DNA from: Lingula anatina
Lineage: Eukaryota > Animalia > Brachiopoda
DNA: 64,000 bases
Direction: 5' to 3'
Assembly: GCA_051362555.1 (NCBI GenBank)
Contig: CM120640.1
Location: 66,070,788 to 66,134,787, forward strand
Part shown: positions 53,101-64,000 of the stretch, piece after piece
How positions within the stretch are numbered: position 1 is the first letter of the stretch
Layout: each line of letters opens with the position of its first letter
The notes under the pieces: model-generated
What the model was told of the DNA's origin: nothing
The model's database searches: none
Seen by the model: only the letters and a program-made list of their open reading frames with translations
Program-made: the position numbers and the translations under genes

Positions 53101-55068
53101 CTAATAGGGCAATCAGAGCATTAGTCAGAGCATTTTTTTTACCTTGCTCCCCAGTTGCACTGCACCAGCCTCCACTGCCTGTCCACGAGGACTGCATTCC
53201 AAGTATTGTTAAACATATCGTCACGGAACTTCATGCCTGGTTCGTAGCCAACGCTCTTGGATTTGCCTTTAATTTCAACACAATGCAGACCTGCGTAACT
53301 GAAATTAATAAGTTGAATAAAATTATTTGATTGGCTATTGATTTTTATGAAATATCTATCAGTGTTTGTGCTTTGGTGAATGAATTATTTAGATTGACAG
53401 AACACTTGGTTTTCATAGTGCAGACATTCCACTCTGTGTGGTAAAACATATAAATAAAACAAATGTACATACAGTCCAAATCCATCATCCCTAAAAATTA
53501 AGTGATGTATAAAACACATTAATAAATTTTCATGCTAGAATACATGTACCAGGGAAATCATAAACCGTTTAACCTATGAAAACTGCTACTGAACAAACCT
53601 ATACACTGTTCTTTATAAAAAGCCATGTCTTTGTTATTAATGACAACTAAGTGACAGCTATTTGTTGGGAACAAATCTACGAGGACCGCCCTAAAACATG
53701 GTCTTGAGTTGATATACAAATTAAGTTGCCATTGCAAATTTGTTTGGTCTCTCCTTGACAACAAATTATACTCATTTCATTTTTTGTGACAATAGATACA
53801 TGCAAAGATTAAGGGTGGGGCAGTATTTATTTAACCAATACCACCTAGATAACAACCACAATAAAACAACAACAACAACAATTACATATGCATCATCCGT
53901 GATTAAATGACTCCGTGGCTGCACAACAAAGAATAGTCATCATTTTTTTGTTCCAACTGACGCATTAATGAATCCATTTCACCCACATTTCTCATCTCCA
54001 ACATATAATTTGCTATATCGCAGAAAGATTTCTCTTTTTTTTTTTCGCGAGTTGAGTTGAAGTATCTGCAAGGAGTTTTTTTGTAATAATAGAGGCCAAA
54101 ACTGGATTCAAAACTGGAGTCAAAATAAGCAGCTTTCTTCTAAGACTTTCACGTTTTGGGATTAACGGAAAAAAGTGCACTAGAGTAAACCAAAATATAG
54201 GCGTCATCCTTGGGTAAAATACCAAGATTATCAAAAGTTGCCTCTGAATCTGGGGACACTCATGAGTAACTGTTGGGTGTCGGGTCTTACCTGCAAAGTC
54301 TCATGAACAACACGTGGTAGGTTTCTGTACCGTACTTTATTCCGCGGAGCAGACCCAGTGGGGTGTCCTCCACCACCGTCTCATCAAACTCGATCACATT
54401 CAAGTCCTTCACCGTGATCCAGCGAAATATTGCCCTAAAATAATCAGACACCAAGAGTTAAAAGCTTTGCAAAATGTGACAAATTTCAAAAATTAACGAA
54501 ACATTCATGTTTGCCATTCTTAATGTTAAAAACGATCTTACTTTGACCTTTCTTAATGACATCAAAAATTAAATGGTATTTTGCAGATATTCAATTTGTG
54601 AAAAGGATTTTCAGATATGTGCTAGAAATCAGTTTTTCTCTGCAATTACATTAAGTGCATACGTGGTCCATGACTTCTTGTCCCAGTAGACATACATAAT
54701 TGATACCAGCTTCTACATACCTGACTTTCTCCAGGTCGCTGAGACAAGGTGCTGTCAGTTGCTGGACCAAATCAGTCCATGTAGAGTGTTCACTATCGGC
54801 AATCTATAACGGAAGTATAAAATCACTCTCTTTTCTGTATTTATTCAGAAAGTACTTAGAAAATGTATTTTACTCCATTTTTACACAAATGTTGCAGTTC
54901 ACAGTTTAATTTTTGAATCACAAAGGCGACAAGAAGTGTTTTCTACAACGGTTTGCAAAAAGACCGTTGTGATGTGAATAAAATTAGCTAAATCTGAGTT
55001 ACACTATATAAAACGACATATAAAATCTTTAGATATTTTCAAACTTTGTTACCATGCAATAAAACCTT

Positions 55069-55100
<32 letters not shown>

Positions 55101-58100
55101 CACACACACCGTATTTTGATACATTTACCTTAAACACGTATTCGTCCAAGTCGGTGAATACGCTGGGGTCCTCATAGAGTTCACGTTTCTTACAAGCTGC
55201 TGGTCTGGGAGGGGGCAACTCGTCCATTGTGGACATTGCTTTAAGGGCTTCCTCGGCCTGCATGATGAGGTCGTCCATGGCCACCTCCCCGCCATTGACC
55301 TGACCATTCTCCAAAGTCACGCTTTCCTAGAAAGGAGATGTAGAAATATGAATAGCGAGAAAAAAAGACGTTTCAAAACCAAGTAACCACGGTTGCACTG
55401 ATTTTTTTTTTTTTTTTTTTTTGGATAATTGAATATCATTTCCTTTTGAATAAAAAAATTGCGGGATCAATCAGAAACTTGAGTGAATTTTCTTCGTTAT
55501 GTCAGAAACATCCACTGCTTTTTCAGACAACTAATGGCTGTAAAAGATGTCAACCCTCCCGTCTTTGTTAGACTTAAGTACGTTTCTTTAATAGAGTCCG
55601 ACATCCGATGCAATGTTCGCAGTGCATTTCTATTTACACTTGATCTTTTTCAAGAAGAGCAGCCTTAAGTATTTATATAACTTACATGGGTCTTTTACAC
55701 CAAACAGTCATACATAGACAGGATTTATATTGAGGCACGCGATTTGAGTCTATCTGCTGACAAATTGTACTCGTAAAGCAGAGATTTTTTCACATTTCAG
55801 AACGCATTTATGCTAATCAAACTGTTATTTAAGAGCAGTTTTGCTGTTTATGTTCTATTTGGAAAGAAAATGCTAATTCGTTAAGTTTATATGACTATTG
55901 AATCATTGCAGGGCTATTTATGCTAACAACAAAGACACCTTTGGCAATATGGTACGTAACTTCGCCATGCAAATTGGGTGTTAAAGAATGGATTTTTATA
56001 ATGCATGGTCCAAAATATATACATTTATTCGAACTTTAGCCCGCCAAGGCCGTTGGAAATGTCAAAATGTAACCAGCCATCCAGCGATGTACTTAGAGTC
56101 GTAAAGTCATTTTATGATCAATAAATTTTGAAATTGTACCTGCTTTGCCATTTCTATCTCTTGCTGAAGTTCCTGCTTGATTTCTTTTTGTTTAATGGCA
56201 ATCAGTTCCAACATTTCTTGACTGTGTTTTGCCACTAAATCGCCCGCCAACTGCTGCTCCTTCTGCACCAGTTTCAGTGTCATGTACTTCTTCTTGTTAT
56301 CTCTTTTGGCAGTCATGCTGTTCTCAAGCTCTTTCTTCTGTTGCTCGAACTGCATCGTTAGATGCTGAAGAAAAGGTAGTACATTTTTCAAAGTATCACC
56401 AGTGATGATGTTACGTATTTTCTTTGACTCGATATTACTAATGCTTTCGTAGTATTCATAGTAAGCCTAACAATGTCCAGATATGCAAGGGAATATCAAT
56501 AAACTAACAAAAAAATGTCATTGGGATTTGCTTAAAAAGATTACAAATGAGACAGTTTTGATATTTAGAAAATCAATTCATTAATATCTATGTAAAATTG
56601 ATAAGTACATTTCCAAACCTTCATTACGATAGCAAAGTCGAAAAAGGCATGGTTTCAAACGTTCCTTAAAACTAACTGATTTGGATTAGATTTCACGAGT
56701 TGTTGAATACTTAGGTTATGTTGTAGAATATTTGCCACAATTAAGCAGTGTTTCCCAAAAGTTATTTTTTATTTGTCATAATATAATAAAGTCTTATTGC
56801 GAGTTTGCTACCATATTTCTAAAAAGGGAAAATTATAGTAAAAATTTCAAACGACGTGTACGAGCGTACAGTAGCTTTATTCCCCATTACCAACTGCATG
56901 CTATATAAACTTCTAGTTTCAAGTCGTACACTCTGGTAGGGTTCGGAACAATTCTTCGCCCGCTTTGGCAGACAAATATCAAGATAACAAAATAACACTA
57001 GAATGCATATAATGTAATAAAAATAACATTGGAATACATATAAAATATCTACATTCCCTGCCGTCACCGCCACTCCGAGGCATGCAGGTGCCCGCTCATG
57101 CATTTCCTGTATAATACACAGGAATACTCAAGTCTACACCGCCACTTCACCCTTCACCAACTCTGAGCTTGTAGAATCCAATTCTAAGACCCATAATGTA
57201 AGTGACTTTAACCAGGGGTTGCTAAGCAACCAGGACTTACGCTGACACGTGCAAGCTCATCTGGAGACAAAGTCTTCTCAAGATCATCAGTGAAAGCCAC
57301 AGATTTGTCGGCTGATTTGTTGACCTACATATACACACCATTCACATATTGAAAGCAAGCAAAGCAAGGTAAAAGCAAGATAAAAAAACAGAAACAGAGT
57401 AACAGAATAGTTCAGGTAACAGAAATGTACAAGATTTCACGTAACACAGGGGTCAAATTTATTCTGAAAATGATAGAGAGATTTAAGGAAGATAGCGTAC
57501 ATAAAAAGGTTGCTAAGCAACCAGGACTCACGCTTATTCGAGCGAGCTCATCCGGAGACATGGTCCTTTCAAGATGCTCCGAGAATACCCCGGGCTTGTT
57601 TTCCTAAACACCATTTATATTTATGAAAGCAAGCGAAGCAAAGTGAAGTGAAAGCAAGCTTAAACACTGTAGGAAAGGGTGTTGAAGTAAAAGAAAAGCG
57701 TGCACATATTGTAAGGATAAAAAACAAAATATTAGACAAACGTAAGGAGAAATGCATATACAAGAAAAAATAATCTTAAGAATGTCTGCTATAAATAAAA
57801 ATGGTTCAAGAAAAAGTGGTGTGCAGCACAAATAAGATATTTTTACCAGAAACACGACACTCCTACGCTCTTACCTTGAAATCGCCCTCTTTCCCTTTCT
57901 TCGGAGCCTTTTTACCAAACTCTTTCTCAAACTTCTCTGTGAGATCTTTGAGTTTAATTTCCCACTCTTGGTCAAGCTCCTGTGATAACTTTCTCTTTTC
58001 GTCCTCTCTCTCTGCGCGGAACGTTTTGTACAAGGCATCTTCCTCCAGACGCTGACGCTCTTCAAGTACTTTTTGGGCTTCAATAATCTTGCCTTTCTTC

Positions 58101-58105
58101 TCAAT
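50167..58105 (-). CDS. Hillarin / LTD-1 / kyphoscoliosis-peptidase-like protein (coiled coil + inactive transglutaminase-like domain + C-terminal repeated beta domains); 5'-partial
   Basis: Exons 57875-58105, [57532-57603 and/or 57241-57324], 56140-56364, 55129-55326, 54721-54803, 54291-54434, 53143-53298, 50167-51577, all phase-consistent. Motifs DLEKVRAIFRWIT, GIKYGTETYHVLFMRLCSYAGLHC, GKSKSVGYEPG, NTWNAVLVDRQWRLVQCNWGAR, YDEHYFLTDPEEFI, WQLL, GQFGLDIYA. No N-terminal (LIM) exons found in 58106-64000. Confidence 0.9.
55069..55109. repeat. (CA)n microsatellite
   Basis: Direct reading, one interruption. Confidence 0.98.
57241..57324 (-). CDS. Duplicated cassette exon B of the hillarin-like gene (VNKSADKSVAFTDDLEKTLSPDELARVS)
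   Basis: 84 nt, atgtag|...|GTAAGT, phase 0/0; shares LE.T.SPDELAR.S with exon A, with many synonymous differences. Confidence 0.8.
57532..57603 (-). CDS. Duplicated cassette exon A of the hillarin-like gene (ENKPGVFSEHLERTMSPDELARIS)
   Basis: 72 nt, tttag|...|GTGAGT, phase 0/0, paralogous to 57241-57324. Confidence 0.8.
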
Positions 58106-61100
58106 CTATAAGAAATATTAAGAACGATGAAATATGGCAAAATGACGTTCTTTGAATTCAAAAATTGGCAAATTAAGTTGCATTTACAAACAACAATTTT
58201 CGGCAAATTTGCAATCTTACAGGGTGAGATTTTTCAGTTCAGTAACGGAATGTAACCATGATCTTGATTACAGCGCAAAGACTGATTAGTTAGTTGTGAT
58301 ACAAATTAATCTCAGCACATTTTATTGACCTCGTTTTGTCACTGTCGAGAAAATGTCCGAAAGCCATACTTCTGCATTATGATTAATTTCAATGAAGGTC
58401 TCTTGGGGGTTTACCAGCGAGTATTCTTTACGTTGGCTACGTAAAAAGTCATACGTGAAACAAGGATATGATAATCTGATATATATATTATTTGATACAA
58501 TCAAACAAATTTAACAAGGGTACACCTTTATTTCCACTAAAACATTATTATTTCTAATATCATTTTTCCGATTCCCTGTATAACGCTAGCCATATTAGAC
58601 CTCATCCACCATATGGATGGATTTTAATGTCCGTGTGACATGTGTCGTATAGGTAAATACTAGTGGGAACGAGAAAACTACTGATGCAATACCGAAAACT
58701 ATATGCCTCCCTCCCCCCAACGTAATAAGCACAATAACGACTACAGACCTTTCAAAATCGAAACACATTATTTCTTCAGGTTATTGCATGCGTTTTTTTA
58801 ATGTTTATTGTGCGTATTAAAACAAGTTTGAACAAAAATAGTGCAGTTTCTGTCCTTCATACAAAAAAGGAAGAGGTAGAAGCGAATACGAGTGACAATG
58901 TTGTGTCGTTGACCGCAAAGACGTTTTTACTATACTTTAAAACGCCACGGTGACATTAATGATTCGTAGAAAAAGATGGGACATGTAATTATAATAGGCA
59001 TCAGAGCCGACGTTTCTCTTGCAGCATAATGTAGTTAGAGGCATTACAAGTTACAGAACTTAATGGTTGTGTTTGCAACTTTTGAATATTACAAAAACGC
59101 TCCGTTACTAGGGCTACCAGCTCCAAGACTGTCAGACTCGAAAATGTGAGAGTGGGGTAATTGGGGAGGAAAAGCAAAATATGATCGTAAGGCACGAATT
59201 CAAGGCAAATCATTAGATAGATCTTTCAGATGTGGAATAAAACCCCTCTCGTATAACTTAAATGACACTTCCTTGTGATAAATACCCAAACTTTAACGTG
59301 ATGACGAGTGAAAGTAAATCAAGCAGGCCAGGACATGAAAGGAGCCATACATCTTGCACGACAGAAGACATCAGGTAGTCACGAGAGCCCCCTACAGAGG
59401 TGGAAAGTAAAGGCGACTTCACTGCATACGACAGAGATGGAGAAGTGATATCAGAGCTTTTCTGTGATATTCACACACCTTGCTTTCGGTGGGTTTCAAA
59501 GGAGGCCTCCATATGTCGCTTGAATTATTTAAAACGAGAAATTGGTTAAAACTGTGCCTAGTCTCTAGATCTATAACTTCCCGTTTTTGTGACAGTTGCA
59601 TTAAAGATACACTAAACGACCTTTCATATGTGCGCTCAATCGATCGAATGTACTTTTTTAAAAAACGTGGCTGTTCAGACAGCTTTCTTACCCATTGCCT
59701 GCTAGAAGCAAAATAAAATTGAAAATAAATCCGATGTTTGTCTAAATTGTAAAATCTTTGTTTAAAGTTTGTTGTAAACTACGGTGCCAAACACCCAATA
59801 CTTTGTATCAACATTCCTAGGCTAAAGCCTATGATCACAGACTGTTGCTTCTTTGTCTTGTTTCTGTGAAAAAAGTACGTTCAATAGGGGTACGTTCCAC
59901 AACAAAAAGTATCTATGCTGTCGTAGGAGATATGATCAGATTTAATTAACCTAATTACATGTGTGCACTCTAATACTATCCATCCACCAATATGCCATGA
60001 GCGCCAGACGGCATGCCTACAGTATTTTACAACATGCACCACTCATATCATGCCTATTCACATTGCATTTTATATGACCAACCCTATACATTGAATGGCT
60101 GCCACATGCAAATTGCAGATGAGTAGGCCTCCGAACAGGCAAGCGCACTATTATAAAATGGCCCAAAATCTTCATGACTTGTTCAAAAACGCAGGTTAAA
60201 GGTTCAAGTCTAAGCATTTGATGCAAGTCAGTAGATCTTATTATGAAACAATTTTGTGTCTTCTGAACGTTGCCGAAATACTGTCGTACTTATCTTGCTG
60301 ATATGCAGTACTTAAATTGTAAAGTCACTTAAGTATGTTGTTTTGGTAAGGTACCGAGTCCGTTGGCTCTCACAGAAACAGAACATTCATATTGCAAAAT
60401 GAATACGTGTGAAGCGGCTTTATACAGAAATGAGTCAACCAAGTCACTGCGTCACTTGGCGAACACTGTAAACTACCTTTTAAACTATCCTGATGCCGGA
60501 AGTTGACAAATAACCCACAAACCCTTTTTCTGCTATTTAAGGTAGATATACATAAGTATATGAGCTGACAAGACTAATATTACACAAGAATCAAAAATAA
60601 CGGTGTGGATTAGTTAAGTCACATGTGCCAATGCCAATCTGTTTATCTATAGAGGGTCACTACTATCAGGCAAATATGAAACACATATGCAAACACAGAG
60701 CAATATCTACCTAAATGCTACTTTTTAATTTTTAGCACAAAGTTTATAATATAAATGCATAAAAAAGATTCTAAGAATAAAAGAAAAAGGGTATATAAGA
60801 TAACCTAATATGTAATGCTCCCATTTCCCTTTAGCTACCGGCATTAAAGACACCTTGAACACCGTTTGAGTGATCACTTTACTATCCCAAAGAAAGGATT
60901 GGATTTTTTCTCGAAGTGGTATTGTGAGGAATGCTTGTAGTCGTTCACGCGGCTGAAGTCATGCGAAAAAAAAACGTGGGTTTGGAAATAAAGTGATGAT
61001 CGGTTGATGCTTAAATTTCATAAGGTGCGCCAGGAAATTTTGTCATATGTGTTTTTTTGCACCAAGATTCTGTTTCTGGTTAGATTACCTTGTCTAATAT

Positions 61101-64000
61101 ATTGAAAAATGGAACTTAAGTTGAAAATGCAAAGTAATCCGTTTACAAGCTTTTTCGTTGACAGAGCCTTGACCGACCGACTATGAAAGTAATAACAACC
61201 ATATTATAAATGCAAAACGAAATTGTCAACGCCGAGATGCTCATTTGAGGAGCACCTCAGCTAGTGGTTTTCTCCACGACCAGTTATTTAAACCTATACC
61301 CATTGGTAATTAGAGCACTGATAGAGGGCATTTTCTAGACTATTGGCGCCCATCACCTCTTAAATAACTCAGCACCTCAGTTTAATTTTGCCATATTAGA
61401 GATAAGAAGTTTTAAGTAGATTAATTTCTTTCTGGCTTTTTATTAATCTCATCATAATTGCGGGATACAATCGGCCAGGAGACAGGGGTGCATTCCATCC
61501 TACGGCTCAGAGCTGTTTCGCTTGCAAGTGTTCATTATGTCTCCTGTAAAATGATGAATCAGGTCACCTAGGGCATTAGAACACCTAACCCATCATTTTC
61601 CCAGCACGTAGAATAATGTTCGAATCAACCTCACCGACATCTGCTACACAAAGAAGCGCCTTCCAAAACAACACGTCTCGCCGCACATCCCCATTTAAGT
61701 TAACATAAGTAAGGCGCTGACCCGACGTCAAAGTGATTGAAAGGTGAAACGAATGTCTTGTTGAAGTGCGGAGGTGTATTGGCACCATTATATAGATAGT
61801 GAAAGAGTATAATTGACGATCTTATATTGCATACTGGACTGGTTATGATGAAAATCACTTATGTGGACAGAGTGCAAATGCAGTCACCGTCTATGTAAAA
61901 GGCGTCCATTTAATTTTGGCAATTCCAACTGCAGCATTGGTTTCGGGGTATTATTCACACGCGATGTTTGGAACCAGGTGTAAGACTAGTTTGTTATAAA
62001 ATTATAACTTGCAAAAATTGTTTCAAAGCTCATCTGTTCAAACTTAACTATATTCATTGTTAACCCATCTGTTGGAAGAATGAATCAGCCTCAGTTTATT
62101 ACAATACATATAGAGGCTTCATTTCTTTCCGTCACGCAGGCAGCTAAATGACATTTTTCTTTTGTGCAGTGCTGCACTAAAATGGAGTTGTTTTGTTACC
62201 CATAAAGACAGGATACGAAAATTACCAGAGAAAAATCACTTTTAAATTATTTAACAGTAATTTTAGTTGTAAAGCACATTTTACTGTTTGGCAATGACGT
62301 GATATCACTTGGAAACGACGCGTTCTTTGTTAAACATGACATCCATATGTCGTTTGCTCCTCACATACCTGTAGCAATAACAAAGACACCACAACCATAA
62401 AACTGTTGCCTCAGAGACCTACCAAATCTAAATGGCACACGACAGGATCCGTTGAAAAGCTTGATCTCCCCATCTTAAAACCGGCATTCGGTCAAATATC
62501 AAGATACACAGTAGGTCTTAGCTTTTTATAGCGAAATCACATTTGATAAGTTTAATACAAAGCAGATCGATGTGTTTTCAATGACGTATTCAGTGTTGTT
62601 TTCAAAGAAGCTAGAATTTCCATACTTTTTCTCTTTTTAGGTCATCTCGGGACACTTTATTATTTACCCCCTTTCTTTTCAATCAAAGAGTGAATAAGGG
62701 CGATTCGAACAATACCTGTCCTCAGACTTAAAGAGAGAAAGTGGCGGGACACCCTGGATGACAAACACAGTTCTGGTTTTTGAAATAGTTCCAAATTTGG
62801 ATGCCAATGCATTTCAAAAACCTGAATAAGTTACGAAACATTCTTTGAGGCTAGTTATACCATCTGTATTATTTTAAGGAGACAAGAGGAATTTCCATCT
62901 GGTTCCAAGTATAGACGATTTACCAATACGTACGTATTGCGAGGGAAGCACGATCTGTTTAACATACACATTACATACCCCGTTTTGGCAACTTTACTAC
63001 TGTGCAATGTGCCAATTTGGATGTCAGCCACATCACCTCAGTTGGTATTTTCTAAAAGCAGATGATGCACCGTCATAGTGACCCTTGGTGACACATTAAG
63101 TTTTCCACAGTGCTGTCATGCATGCATTAATTATGATAGAGCCCACCGTAACTCAAACACCAAATACGTGATATGGGAGCTTGAGGGTTCGACAATAGTT
63201 GGAGATTTAGGCAATCGGATGCTGGCAGTTGGTCGCAGACTGCTTTTTAAGCCTTTTTCATTACATGTAATGAATTAACAACCGTCTAGTCTATTTGAAA
63301 TCATGTAATAATTAAAGGTATATCGATGTAAGCACCTGTAAGGAATGTCAATTGAAGTACTTTGAAATTTAAATAAGTTAGTTATAAGTCGGTTCTCAAG
63401 AGGAGAAAAGAGAGAGGAGAGGCCCAAAGAGGAGGGGTCAAAAGGTGAGTGTCCACTGCCAGCCACCGAGTACCTGCTTCTCGTGACAAGTTTAATAGTT
63501 GGTCAATTTGTCTGCATTTGTCTCATGAGAATTGGCAGCTACTTGTAATTTTGGTCGCCCAAGGGAATACTGTTACCGTTTGCCATCTCTAAACATAGAA
63601 AGTCCTACCGGCACCAATACCCTTTATGGAATACAGAATTACAAAGGATGTGGTTGAACTCGTGAAATAGCTGGGCCCAAAACGGGTAAAAGCTTTATTA
63701 CAATGGCCAATTTATCCATCGGAAGACTGTTTGTAAAACGTTCTCAGTCTTTCCCCATTTAAATACCTTATTTGGTACCAGGATCTAAAACAACGCCAAC
63801 TTAAGATTGAGTATATCTGTCCATTAGATCTGTAATTAAATAACCATGGTCTCTGGCCCATTGAATGTCGTGGCCTACTTCTCTAACATACCTCATTTCA
63901 TATAACATCTGTCGACTGTTACTTTATATGCAATTAACGAAATAACGAGCAAGAGTATGTTTCCCAAGCTACAAACAATAATTAAAAGGGGAAACAAGGT

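Noticed and set aside
58106-64000. Search for LIM-domain or other upstream exons of the hillarin-like gene
   Set aside because: No CxxC...HxxCF pattern or convincing phase-0 exon found; short ORFs (61585-61788, 63275-63466) lack support, so treated as intron.

Overview
AT-rich, intron-rich animal genomic DNA (a lophotrochozoan, probably a mollusc; inferred from composition, repeats and protein style), so the ORF track shows only exon fragments. Four genes are well supported after manual splicing: (1) POLR1A/RPA1 on the minus strand, 34 coding exons, 23667->8791, ~1752 aa; (2) a 128-aa four-TM, His-rich DUF1761-like protein (+, 26499-27197); (3) MOB2 (+, 28972-42447) with three phase-compatible alternative first coding exons; (4) the 3' part of a hillarin/KY-like inactive transglutaminase-domain gene (-, 58105->50167; 5' exons not found in the window). 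At 1-6.5 kb there is weaker evidence for the 5' end of an unidentified minus-strand gene with several tiny start exons, head-to-head with a small spliced plus-strand unit carrying two overlapping ORFs. Most unusual signals: a duplicated exon pair in the hillarin-like gene, each copy followed by the same palindromic intronic element; three tandem duplications straddling POLR1A splice sites, including an 8-copy splice-acceptor array; and an inverted repeat bracketing the putative bidirectional promoter at 5.1-5.5 kb. No rRNA, tRNA or CRISPR features were seen. All calls are by eye, without database searches.
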